Below, piece by piece: positions 29,760 to 38,859 of a DNA stretch of 64,000 nt. The DNA is from an uncultured Gemmatimonadales bacterium (GTDB taxonomy: Bacteria > Gemmatimonadota > Gemmatimonadetes > Longimicrobiales > RSA9): the NCBI GenBank assembly GCA_963816355.1, contig CAWFKH010000001.1, positions 352,001 to 416,000 on the forward strand, read 5' to 3'. The notes under the pieces are model-generated. The model was given only the letters and a program-made list of their open reading frames with translations. It did not search any database and had not been told where the DNA came from. The position numbers were made by a program, and so were the translations under genes. Position 1 is the first letter of the stretch. Each line of letters begins with the position of its first letter.

Positions 29760-32126
29760 ATGTCCCGACCCCGGTCGTGCTCCCCGGTCCGCCGCCCGCG
29801 GCGGCCCCTGCCGTCCCCGTCGGCCGCGCTCCCGGCGGCAGCGGCGTCCGCGCTCCCGGCGGTAGCGGCGTCGGCGCTCCCGGCGGCCCTCCCTTCCGTG
29901 GTCCTCGCCGTTCTCGCGCTGACGCTCGCGGCGTCGGGCGGGCGGGCGCAGCAGGGGCGCCCCTTCACGGTGGACGACGCGCTCGGCGTGCGCTCGGCGC
30001 GCATCGAGGACGTGACGCGGGACGGGGGGTGGGCGGCGGTCACGGTGCAGGTGCGGCGTGACCGGCTGGGCGTGGACAACGGCCGCTTCGGCGATCCCAC
30101 CTACATCGCGCCGTCGCCGGTGCGGCTCGAGCTGCTGGACGCGGCGGGTGGCCGCGCGCGCGCCCTCTTCTCCGCCCCCGTCCAGGTGCGCGAGCCGACG
30201 TTCTCGAAGGACGGCGGCCGGCTCGCCTTCTTCCTGCTGAAGGACGGCGGCTGGTCGCTGTATGTTCACGACGTCGCCGCGAACCGCACGCGCGCCGTGG
30301 CGTTGCGCACGCGCAGGAAGATCGCCTCCGTCTCGCCGCTGGTGTGGGCGCCGGACGGCCGCTCGCTGCTGCTCACGCTGCGCCCGGATGGCTGGGCGGC
30401 GGGCGCGCGCGCGGCGTTCGTGCACCTGACGGAGGGGCCGATCGTCGTCCAGGACGCGCGCTCTCCGTTCCTCGCCTGGGACAGCGTGCGCAACCTGGGC
30501 GATCGGCAGATCCCCGCCATCGTCACGCTCGCCGGCGGCGCGGTGCGGGAGATCCTGCCGGAGACCGCCGGCCTGCGTGAGCCGCGCTTCTCGGCCGACG
30601 GCGCCTACGTGGTCTACGCCACCGCGGAGGCGAAGCGGACGTCGTACGACCGCGACTCCGGCACGGCGTACGGCGTCTTCCGGCTGCGGCTGACGCCGGG
30701 CAGCGCGCCCGACACGGTCGTGAAGCCCGCCGAGCACCGACTCACGCCGCGGTGGAACGAGGGCGCCACCGCGTTCGCGTACGCTCGGAAGGGAAGCGTC
30801 TTCGTGCGTTTCCTCGACGCCGACAGCGCGCGCGACCTGACCGGCCGCTATCGCACGCCGGTGTCGGCGACGGACACGACGAAGCTCGCGTACGCCGTCG
30901 TCGCATGGCGTCCCGATGGCGGCGCGCTGCTGGTGAGCGCGCAGGACGGCTACCACCTGCTCGACCCGCGCACGGACTCGATGGCGTTGGTCTATCCGTT
31001 CAGCGCGGACACGGCCGCGCGGCCGGAGCGGGCTTTCGAGGCGTGGAGCCGTGACGGCCGCTACCTCTTCATCTCCACGTCGGCGCGCGACCGGTGGGCG
31101 CGCGGCCTCGAGCGCTACGACCTGAGCGCCCGCCAGGCGACGAAGCTGGTGAGCGACGCGGGCATCTACCGTTCGTGGCACGTTTCGGACGACGGCTCGC
31201 GCTTCGTCTTCGAGCGCTCCGACGGCGAGCGTCCCAACGAGGTCTACGCGGCGGGCCGCGACTTCTCGGATGCGCACGCGCTGACGGCGCTGAATCCGCA
31301 GCTGCGTGGCGTCGCCCTCACGCGCTCGGAGCTGGTGAGCTACCTGGACGTGGACGGCAAGAAGCTGTACGGCGTGCTCTACTATCCATACGACTACCAG
31401 CCGGGCAGGAAGTATCCGTTGGTCGCGGAGGTCTACGAGAAGTTCTTCGACAACGGCTACAACGAGAGCATGAACCTGCTGGCGTCGCGGGGATGGTTCG
31501 TGTTCCACCCGTCGGTGGACCTGCACGTCGGCTACCCGGGCGAGGCGTGGGTGAAGGGAGTGACCGACGGCATCAACACGCTGATCGAGCGCGGCCTGGT
31601 GGATGGCGACAGGCTGGGCGTCGAGGGCACCAGCTACGGCGGCTACGCCACGAACCTGCTCATCACGCAGACCGACCGCTTCGCCGCGGCGGTCAACATC
31701 TCCGGGAAGGTCGACATCATCTCCTTCCTGGGCGACAGCCCGAAGATCGGCACGCGCAACTACTACGCGGCGGAGAAGGGGCAGGACCGCATCGGCGCGA
31801 CGCTGTGGGAGGCGCCGCAGAAGTACGTGGCGCACTCCGCCGTCGTGTACGCCGACCGCATCCGCACGCCGCTGCTGATGCTCACGGGAAAGCAGGACTG
31901 GAACGTGCCGGACACGAACGAGCGCGAGATGTACTACGCGCTGCGCCGGCTGGGGAAGGAAGCGGTGTGGGTGCAGTACGCCGACGCCGGCCACGGCGCC
32001 GGCCGCAACGGCAGCGAGGCGGACTTCGAGGACCACTGGCGACGCATGGTCGCATGGTTCGACGTCCACTTCGATCGCGCGGACCACGAAACGACGACGT
32101 CGCCGCAGGGCTTCGGCCGCCCCTAG
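29760..32126 (+). CDS. S9 family (prolyl oligopeptidase-like) peptidase
   Basis: Signal peptide, beta-propeller, GTSYGG nucleophile, QDWNV, AGHG. Confidence 0.9.
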   Translation: MSRPRSCSPVRRPRRPLPSPSAALPAAAASALPAVAASALPAALPSVVLAVLALTLAASGGRAQQGRPFTVDDALGVRSARIEDVTRDGGWAAVTVQVRRDRLGVDNGRFGDPTYIAPSPVRLELLDAAGGRARALFSAPVQVREPTFSKDGGRLAFFLLKDGGWSLYVHDVAANRTRAVALRTRRKIASVSPLVWAPDGRSLLLTLRPDGWAAGARAAFVHLTEGPIVVQDARSPFLAWDSVRNLGDRQIPAIVTLAGGAVREILPETAGLREPRFSADGAYVVYATAEAKRTSYDRDSGTAYGVFRLRLTPGSAPDTVVKPAEHRLTPRWNEGATAFAYARKGSVFVRFLDADSARDLTGRYRTPVSATDTTKLAYAVVAWRPDGGALLVSAQDGYHLLDPRTDSMALVYPFSADTAARPERAFEAWSRDGRYLFISTSARDRWARGLERYDLSARQATKLVSDAGIYRSWHVSDDGSRFVFERSDGERPNEVYAAGRDFSDAHALTALNPQLRGVALTRSELVSYLDVDGKKLYGVLYYPYDYQPGRKYPLVAEVYEKFFDNGYNESMNLLASRGWFVFHPSVDLHVGYPGEAWVKGVTDGINTLIERGLVDGDRLGVEGTSYGGYATNLLITQTDRFAAAVNISGKVDIISFLGDSPKIGTRNYYAAEKGQDRIGATLWEAPQKYVAHSAVVYADRIRTPLLMLTGKQDWNVPDTNEREMYYALRRLGKEAVWVQYADAGHGAGRNGSEADFEDHWRRMVAWFDVHFDRADHETTTSPQGFGRP

Positions 32127-32866
32127 ATCATGAGGTCGCCGCCGTTGATGTCGAGCGCGGCGCCGGTGATGTAGCCGGCCGCCTCGGAGGCGGCGAAGCA
32201 GATGAGGTCGGCGACTTCGCGCGCGGTGCCGAGGCGCGGCACGGGGAAGCCGGCGCCCAGCGCATCGAGCTTGCCGGGGGACGCGGACTCGCGGGTGAGC
32301 TCGGTGTCGATCATCCCCGGACAGACCGCGTTCACCGTGACGCCGTGGCCGCCCAACTCCTTGGCGGCGGCGCGCGTGAGGCCCAGCAGCGCGGTCTTCG
32401 ACGCCGTGTAGTGCGCGCCGCCCAGCGTGCTCACCATGCGGCCCGCGCTCGAGGAGACGTTCACCACGCGGCCGTACCGCTGCGCCTTCATGATCGGAAG
32501 CACCGCGCGGATCAGCAGGAAGGGCACGGTCACGTTCACCTCGAACGTGCGGCGCCACTCCTCCGCCGTGATCGCCTCGAAGCGCGTCGTGCGCGAAAGC
32601 GCCGCGTTGTTGACGAGGATGTCGACGCGGCCGAAGCGCTCGACGGTGCGCGCCACGATCTCGTCGACGACGCCGGCCGCCTCGAGGTCGCCGGGCAGCG
32701 CGAGCCCGCGCTCGCCGAAACGCTCGGCGCCGGCGCGGGCGCGCGCCTCGTCGCGCGCGTTCACGGCGACCGCCGCACCGCGCTCGTGCAGCCGCGTCGC
32801 GGTGGCGAGGCCGATGCCGCGGGCCGCGCCCGTCACCACGGCGACCCGCCCGACGAAGTCCTGCAT
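32123..32866 (-). CDS. SDR family oxidoreductase
   Basis: TGAARGIG, NNA, YTASK, PGMIDT. Confidence 0.93.
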   Translation of the reverse strand: MQDFVGRVAVVTGAARGIGLATATRLHERGAAVAVNARDEARARAGAERFGERGLALPGDLEAAGVVDEIVARTVERFGRVDILVNNAALSRTTRFEAITAEEWRRTFEVNVTVPFLLIRAVLPIMKAQRYGRVVNVSSSAGRMVSTLGGAHYTASKTALLGLTRAAAKELGGHGVTVNAVCPGMIDTELTRESASPGKLDALGAGFPVPRLGTAREVADLICFAASEAAGYITGAALDINGGDLMI

Positions 32867-34008
32867 CAGTGCGTGATCGCGAACAGCCACGCCGCGACCT
32901 GCGGCCCGCGCGGGCGGCGGCCGGGCGGCGCCGGCGAGGGCGCCGGCGGCGCGGCCGCGGGCCCGAACTCCGGCGTGAAGACGTAGGCGGTGTGCGTCTT
33001 CGTGTTCAGGCCGATGGTGCGCGCGCCCGCCATCGTCGCCACCGTGGCGACGACCGTGTAGCGGTCGGGCGCGTCCTGCCGCGCCACGGTGACGTTCCCC
33101 TCGCGGCCAGCGGGGATGTAGATCAGCTTCTGCTCGGGGTCCCAGGCGATGCCGTCCACGCCCTCGCCGTTCGGGATCTTCGCGACGACCTTGCCGCTGC
33201 CCGCGTCGACGACCACCGAGGCACCGCCGCAGCCGACGAACAGGAGGCCGTTGGCGTGGTCCATCGCGATCCCGGTCGGGCCGTCGCACGGCTCGATCGA
33301 CCACGTGTCGACCACCTTCCACGTCTTCGTGTCCACGACGTCGATCGCGTTCCTGTCCTCGACGTTGATGTAGATCCTGCCCTTGCCGTCGCTCACACCG
33401 CCCTCCGGGGCGACGCCGCTCGTCGTGAGGCGCGTCACCACCTCGCCGCTCGCCGCGTCGATCACGACCGCGCTCCCGGCCGGCCGGCTGTGGTCGATCG
33501 TCAGCGCGCGGTTCGTGGCGCCGTCGTACGTGAAGCCGTCCAGGCCCGCGGCACCGGTGTGGATCGTCCGGATCACCGCCAGCGTCTTCAGGTCGAACAT
33601 CGTCGACGTCGAGTCGCCCGCGTTCGTCGTGAAGCCGTGGTTCGTGGCGTTCACGATCAGTGCGCCGTGCGTGCGCGGCGTGTCCGCGATGTCACCGACG
33701 ACGCGGCCCGTGGCGCCGTCCACGACCATGATGTGGCTGCCGCGCGAGACGAAGACGCGGTCCCTCGCCGTGTCCACCGTCACGTAGTCGAAGAACCCCG
33801 CTCCGCCGATGTCGAACTTGCGGACGCTGAAGGTCTGCGCGCTCAGCGGAGGCGCGAGGGCGGCGGCGAACAGGAGGGCGGCGGCGCGGGCGGTCGCGCG
33901 CGCGGCGATGGGGGCGGCTGCGTGCGCGGCGATGCGCGCGCTTGCGTGCGCGGCGATGGGCGCGGCCGCGGCAACGGGTGGCGCGCCCGGGCGGGCGGTC
34001 CGGATCAT
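32866..34008 (-). CDS. YncE/YVTN-like secreted beta-propeller protein
   Basis: Signal peptide ending SAQ; FDYVTVD, HGFTTNAGD, SDGKGRIYINVED. Confidence 0.85.
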   Translation of the reverse strand: MIRTARPGAPPVAAAAPIAAHASARIAAHAAAPIAARATARAAALLFAAALAPPLSAQTFSVRKFDIGGAGFFDYVTVDTARDRVFVSRGSHIMVVDGATGRVVGDIADTPRTHGALIVNATNHGFTTNAGDSTSTMFDLKTLAVIRTIHTGAAGLDGFTYDGATNRALTIDHSRPAGSAVVIDAASGEVVTRLTTSGVAPEGGVSDGKGRIYINVEDRNAIDVVDTKTWKVVDTWSIEPCDGPTGIAMDHANGLLFVGCGGASVVVDAGSGKVVAKIPNGEGVDGIAWDPEQKLIYIPAGREGNVTVARQDAPDRYTVVATVATMAGARTIGLNTKTHTAYVFTPEFGPAAAPPAPSPAPPGRRPRGPQVAAWLFAITH

Positions 34009-34132
34009 GGCGACCTCGTGGAAGGGAGGGTCTTCGAGGGGACATGATAGGGGCCGCGGAGGCCGCGCGCGAGCGGTTGACGCGGATCCCCAGCCGTTCC
34101 AGCTTTCTACAGTCCTTCTGAAGGAGAGGCGC

Positions 34133-34480
34133 ATGGCGGGCGACGACCGGTCGGACCTGCTGCAGGGAACGCTCGAGTTGCTGGTGCTGAAGACGCTCTC
34201 GCTCGAGCCCATGCACGGGTGGGGGATCAGCCAGCGTCTGCGGACGATGTCGCGGGAGGTGCTGGACGTGCCGCAGGGGTCGCTCTACCCGGCGCTGCAG
34301 CGGATGAAGCGGAAGGGGTGGATCCGGTCGGAGTGGCGGCGGACGGAGAACAACCGGCGGGCGCGCTACTACACGCTGACGGCGGCGGGGTCGCGGCAGC
34401 TCGCGGCGGAGGTGGCGGCGTGGGACCGCTCGACGGCGGCCGTGAACTGGGTGCTGGGCTGGGAGGGGAGCGTGGGATGA
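34133..34480 (+). CDS. PadR family regulator (Acidobacterial type)
   Basis: LLQGTLELLVLK, HGWGI, GSLYPAL, TENNRRARYY. Confidence 0.93.
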   Translation: MAGDDRSDLLQGTLELLVLKTLSLEPMHGWGISQRLRTMSREVLDVPQGSLYPALQRMKRKGWIRSEWRRTENNRRARYYTLTAAGSRQLAAEVAAWDRSTAAVNWVLGWEGSVG

Positions 34481-34601
34481 GGCACGGCGGTCCGGTGGAC
34501 GCCGGCCAGGGCGCGCGGGGGTTGACCCGGGTCGGGGCCGGCGACGATCTTTAGCGCCCGCGTCGGGTCGGCTCCGCGACAGCCGGCCGAGGGCGCGGCG
34601 A

Positions 34602-34675
<74 letters not shown>

Positions 34676-34864
34676 TACATGTTTTCGGAAGTTGTTGCGC
34701 CCCGGTGGCTTACGCCCCCGGGGCGTATTGCGTCGCCTCTGGATCTCCGGAGAGGGCAGCCCCCCGGCGGGCTGGATGGACCGGTTGCAGTGTATGGATC
34801 GGTCCAAACGTAGCGTAACGGGCGGCCGCCCCTCCCGCGAAATCGTCAGCCGCCGAGCCGGACC

Positions 34865-35524
34865 TCAGGCGGTTTCGTCGACCACGCGGAGCTTCCTGGC
34901 GTGACGGTGGGGCACCTTGAAGCGGGGTCGGTCGGCCTGCGGCTCGGGGCTGGACGCGGCGGCGGTGCGCTCGAGCACCATCCAGCACAGCACCTCGGCG
35001 AGCGCGGGCCGCACCTTCGACTGCCGCACGTAGAGCTCGACGGCGGGGGCCGGGGACATGACTCCGGCCAGCGCGGCCGAGAAGCTGGCGGCGTTCTCCG
35101 CGTGCACCCTCAACAGGCTCATCTGCGTGCGCCCGAGGTGCAGCTCGATCCAGCGTCGCAGCTCGAGGTTGACGCGGCCCCGGATGCGGCGACGCAGCCT
35201 GGCGAGCAGCTGGCGCGGTGTCTCGAGGAAGGCGTCGCCCTCGGACCCGTGGGAGCGGGCGAAGTCGTCCCGGAGCTCGGCGCTGCGTCCCAGGAGCACC
35301 AGCACCCGGTGATGAACCGCCGCGGCGTCCGCGGCGTCCAGGCCATTCAGGCGTACGTAGATCTGGAGCAGCCGAGGAACCGGCACCTGTTCGCGCGCCT
35401 CCTCCAGCAGCTCCAGCACGCAGTGCTCGTGCTGTTCGAGAATCCGCTCGCGTGCCACGGCGAGCATGATTCTGAGCTCGTGGCGGATGGTGCGGGGGAT
35501 GTTCGAGGGGAGGCCTTCTGCCAT
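34865..35524 (-). CDS. Hypothetical alpha-helical protein, possible internal twofold repeat
   Basis: ATG 35524 with GGAG; balanced composition; LLQIYVRL and AVELYVRQ halves resemble each other. Confidence 0.65.
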   Translation of the reverse strand: MAEGLPSNIPRTIRHELRIMLAVARERILEQHEHCVLELLEEAREQVPVPRLLQIYVRLNGLDAADAAAVHHRVLVLLGRSAELRDDFARSHGSEGDAFLETPRQLLARLRRRIRGRVNLELRRWIELHLGRTQMSLLRVHAENAASFSAALAGVMSPAPAVELYVRQSKVRPALAEVLCWMVLERTAAASSPEPQADRPRFKVPHRHARKLRVVDETA

Positions 35525-35833
35525 GGTCCAGTACTCCACGTTGCGAGTAAGGGACAAATGGCAACCGTCGTTCCGGTCCCGCCGCCGGAGGCCGCCCGCT
35601 CCGCCGACATCGATCCAACTCGTTACGCCGAAAGGAGAAAGCGGCGCACGGCGGCAATGTCTTTCGCCAGCGAGCCGGTGTCCCGGCGTGGGCGGCACCG
35701 AAAAGAGTACCAGGTAGCGGCAAAACATTTTCGGAGGACGGCGTGGGCGAGGAGCCCGGGACGGGAGACGGACAACTGGGAGCGCAAGGCGGCGGTGAGG
35801 GCCGCGGCGGGGTCCCGGCGGGCGTGTAGCCGC

Positions 35834-36610
35834 TCAGCCCTCGAACGCCCGCTTCTCGTACACCTCGGAGATGCGGCCCCCATCCCAGCGGTAGCACAGC
35901 GTGCGCACCTCGCGGCAGCCCGTTACCAGCCGCGGCCGATAGGCGACGGCGCACCGCCCGCCCGTCTCGCGCACGCTGTCCCAGACGACGCCGTCGCCGC
36001 CCGCGCCCCGGACCCCCGCGCCGAACCGTTGCGAGGCCGAGTAGTCTTCCGGCGCGTAGAGCGCGGAGAATCGCGCGCCCAGCCCGCGCAGATCCGCGAG
36101 CCGGCCCGCCAGCCGCGCCTCCAGCAGCCGCATGTCCAGCTCCAGCGGCGCCTCCGCCGTGGCCGCCAGAAACCGCTCCCGGTGCCAGCCCGTCTCCGCC
36201 ACCGCCGTCCCGATCGCACGCGCCGCGTAGTAGCCGCCGAACGCCGGCGTGGTGAAGCGGCCGCCCTCCGGCGCCAGGTGCGTGAACGGCGCCATCACGA
36301 AGCTCGCGCCCGCCCCGCTCACCCGGTCCGCCGCCGGCACGAGCGAGATCTCCCCCGCTTCGTCTCGCAGCCGGTCGTTCGTCATGGACTCCAGCTCGAT
36401 CAGCGCCTCCCAGTCCTCCGGCGGCGCCACCCGCTCGAACAGGTCCACCGCCGGATAGCGCGTCGGCACCAGGCGGTAGCTGCGCGACCAGCGCACCGGC
36501 TTGCGCGGCACGTCGGCAGGCGAGGGCACCCCATCGGGCGACGAGGCCTCGCCCGCCGCCGGCGCCGCCGCCGGCCGCGCGGCCTCCGCCGGCGGCGTCG
36601 CCTCCGTCAC
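35834..36610 (-). CDS. RES-domain toxin (NAD+ phosphorylase family)
   Basis: YRLVPTRYP, GGRF..PAFGGYYAA..TAVAET, YSASQRFG, WDSVR; GTG overlaps the antitoxin stop. Confidence 0.88.
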   Translation of the reverse strand: MTEATPPAEAARPAAAPAAGEASSPDGVPSPADVPRKPVRWSRSYRLVPTRYPAVDLFERVAPPEDWEALIELESMTNDRLRDEAGEISLVPAADRVSGAGASFVMAPFTHLAPEGGRFTTPAFGGYYAARAIGTAVAETGWHRERFLAATAEAPLELDMRLLEARLAGRLADLRGLGARFSALYAPEDYSASQRFGAGVRGAGGDGVVWDSVRETGGRCAVAYRPRLVTGCREVRTLCYRWDGGRISEVYEKRAFEG

Positions 36611-37014
36611 CCCCAGCCGCCCCGCGCCGAGTCCAGATACTGACGCACCAGGTACAGGTCCGCCACGTTCCCCGACAGCATCCGCTCCAGCGCCGAGCGC
36701 CCGCCAAACGGCGCCGCCGCGTTCGGCCGCCGGATCCACCCGTCCGCCGACTCCGGCCGCGGCAGCAGGATCTCCAGCGCCTTGAAGATCCCCAGCACAT
36801 AGGAGATCCGCTCCAGCACGTCCCGCGGCAGCGACACCGCCCCCTGCTTCTTCCATTTGAAGAACGTGGATCGTCCCGGCGACCCGAGCAGCGTCCGCTG
36901 CTCCTCCGCCGAGAGCTGCCACAGCCCGGCAATGCGGAAGAACGCGCGCAGTCCCGCCGCCGCCGCGCCGCCCGGCGTCGGCCGTCCGTGCTCGCGCTTG
37001 CGTGGCAATCCCAT
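36607..37014 (-). CDS. Xre/MbcA/ParS family antitoxin
   Basis: RSTFFKWKK HTH; LERISYVLGIFKAL; WIRRPN..FGGRSALERML...VRQYLD. Confidence 0.9.
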   Translation of the reverse strand: MGLPRKREHGRPTPGGAAAAGLRAFFRIAGLWQLSAEEQRTLLGSPGRSTFFKWKKQGAVSLPRDVLERISYVLGIFKALEILLPRPESADGWIRRPNAAAPFGGRSALERMLSGNVADLYLVRQYLDSARGGWG

Positions 37015-37027
37015 CGGCCGCTCCTTG

Positions 37028-37082
37028 AGTCCATATTTGAATCTAGTGACAAATATAGTCCAGAAATGGACTACGCGTCAAG
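37028..37082 (-). promoter_or_regulatory. Promoter and palindromic operator of the toxin-antitoxin operon
   Basis: TTGACG-N18-TATATT with TAGTCCA-TTTC-TGGACTA in the spacer; second inverted repeat ATATTTG...CAAATAT. Confidence 0.7.
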
Positions 37083-37190
37083 GCGCGGGCGTTCCGGCTA
37101 CGGCCAGCACCGGAGCGGCGCAGCACGGGGCCGATGCGAATGCCGCCGCCACACATCCCGCCGCCGGACCGCCGGCCTTCAGCCGGTCGC

Positions 37191-37478
37191 TCACCGGGAC
37201 AGCGCCTCGCGAATCACCGCGGCGCTGGGTGCTCCGTCCGCCCGGCACGCCATGGCCGCGTTCCCGCCGTCCGACCCCGTGACATCTTCGCCGTCCACCA
37301 GCACGGTGGGCGATCCGAAGCGCCGGAACCGCTCCGGCGTGGCCTCGTCCGAGAGATTCCACTCGCTCCAGGCGCCAGCCCCTCGCTCAACACCAACGGC
37401 CGCCTGGAGGCTCGCCCGCGCCTTATCCACGTTGGGACAGCCGTCGAAGTAGATCAGCTCGATCGTGGGATTCCTCAC
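37191..37478 (-). CDS. Small thioredoxin-like protein (DF-family / mer-associated type)
   Basis: GGAGGAG RBS; IELIYFDGCPN, GSPTVLVDGED, ACR. Confidence 0.75.
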   Translation of the reverse strand: MRNPTIELIYFDGCPNVDKARASLQAAVGVERGAGAWSEWNLSDEATPERFRRFGSPTVLVDGEDVTGSDGGNAAMACRADGAPSAAVIREALSR

Positions 37479-37509
37479 GATGCTCCTCCGTTTCGTTCCG
37501 TTTCGTCGG

Positions 37510-37565
37510 TCAGGCTGTCGAAGCGTCCGCCAGCTCGCCGATGAACAACCATACTACGGAGTCGA
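37510..37565 (-). pseudogene. Possible remnant of a MerR-family regulator start and half operator
   Basis: TCGACTCCGTAGTATGG followed by TTG-FIGELADASTA-stop. Confidence 0.4.
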
Positions 37566-37653
37566 GAACATGGACCACTCGCTCGGCCGGCGAGCCTGAC
37601 GCCGGCTCCAGGGGGTTGACTCGCGGCGGCTGATGCCGTTAGCGTCCTAGACC

Positions 37654-37740
37654 ATGACGAGCGCGACGCGGACGCAGCGGCACCACCACCACCATCACGG
37701 CCCCGGACGGGTCGCGGTGGCGGGTGCGCTCGTGATGTAG
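37654..37740 (+). CDS. hisL: his operon leader peptide MTSATRTQRHHHHHHGPGRVAVAGALVM
   Basis: Six consecutive His codons, upstream of a terminator and hisG. Confidence 0.88.
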   Translation: MTSATRTQRHHHHHHGPGRVAVAGALVM

Positions 37741-37770
37741 GAAACCACAGAGAAGCGCGCAGGCCACGCG

Positions 37771-37800
37771 GCCCGTCCCGTTCCGGGGACGGGCTTTTTT
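37771..37800 (+). terminator. his attenuator terminator
   Basis: GCCCGTCCC-GTTCCG-GGGACGGGC-TTTTTT; its 5' arm can alternatively pair with 37705-37721. Confidence 0.9.
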
Positions 37801-37920
37801 GCGTTCAGCACCCGCCCCGCCACGGTCGACGACCGAGTCGCCACCCGCGCCGCCCCCCTGACCCCTCCGCGTCCGGAGCGGGCCGGGCGCGGGGGCGCAA
37901 ACGGAGGGAGCCGGAGGAGC

Positions 37921-38859
37921 ATGGTGGGTACGGGAGCGGAACAGGAGGGAGCGGCGGCCCGGGGGGCGCCGCGGGCCACGTCGCCGGGGCGGGTGCGGAT
38001 CGCGCTGCCGAACAAGGGCCGGCTGGCGAGGGAGGCGCTGGAGCTGTTGGAGCGGGCGGGGCTTGAGCCGGCCATGACGTCGGAGCGGGCGCTCCGGGCG
38101 GAGCTGGGCGACGACTTCACCGCGCTCTTCGTCCGCGCCCGCGACATCCCCGAGTTCGTGGCGGACGGCGCGGCGGATGTGGGCATCACCGGGAGCGACC
38201 TCGTGACGGAGTCGGGGCGCGAGCTGTGCACGCTGCTGCGTCTGGGCTTCGGCCGCTGCCGCCTGGCGCTGGCCGGCCGGGACGGCGAGTGGGAGGCCGT
38301 CGACGCCATCCCCGACGGCGCGCGCGTGGCCACGTCCTTCCCGCGCAGCACCCGGCGCTGGTTCGCCGCCCGGGGGCAGCGCGTGGAGATCGTGCCCGTG
38401 AGCGGCGCGGCCGAGGTGGCGCCCCACGTGGGCGTGGCAGACGTCATCGCCGACCTCGTGAGCACGGGTTCCACGCTCCGCGTGAACGGCCTCACGGAGC
38501 TGGCCACGCTGGCTGAAGTGGAGGCGGTTCTCGTCGCGCCGCCCGGGACCGGGGACGATGCCACCGCCGGCGTCCGGAGCGCGCGGCTCCGCGAGCTGGT
38601 GGCGGCGCTGGAGTCGGTGATCCGGGCGGACGGCAAGCGCTACCTCATGGCCAACGTCCCCCGCGCCGCGCTGGCCGAGCTGAAGCGCGTGCTGCCGGGC
38701 CTGAACGGCCCCACCGTCCTGGAGATCCTGAACGGCGGCGAGCACGTGGCGGCCCACGCCGTGGTGGAGCAGGCCGACGTCTACCGCACCATCGCCGCGC
38801 TGAAGACGCTGGGTGCCGAGGGGATCCTGGTCACGCGCATCGAGAGGCTGATGCCATGA
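37921..38859 (+). CDS. hisG: ATP phosphoribosyltransferase (long form)
   Basis: RIALPNKGRL, DVGITGSD, DLVSTGSTLRVNGL, C-terminal regulatory domain. Confidence 0.96.
   Translation: MVGTGAEQEGAAARGAPRATSPGRVRIALPNKGRLAREALELLERAGLEPAMTSERALRAELGDDFTALFVRARDIPEFVADGAADVGITGSDLVTESGRELCTLLRLGFGRCRLALAGRDGEWEAVDAIPDGARVATSFPRSTRRWFAARGQRVEIVPVSGAAEVAPHVGVADVIADLVSTGSTLRVNGLTELATLAEVEAVLVAPPGTGDDATAGVRSARLRELVAALESVIRADGKRYLMANVPRAALAELKRVLPGLNGPTVLEILNGGEHVAAHAVVEQADVYRTIAALKTLGAEGILVTRIERLMP

Noticed and set aside
37191..37478. Selenocysteine recoding in the thioredoxin-like protein or the radical SAM cluster
   Set aside because: The motif positions are Cys codons; the TGA codons seen are ordinary stops overlapping the next start.
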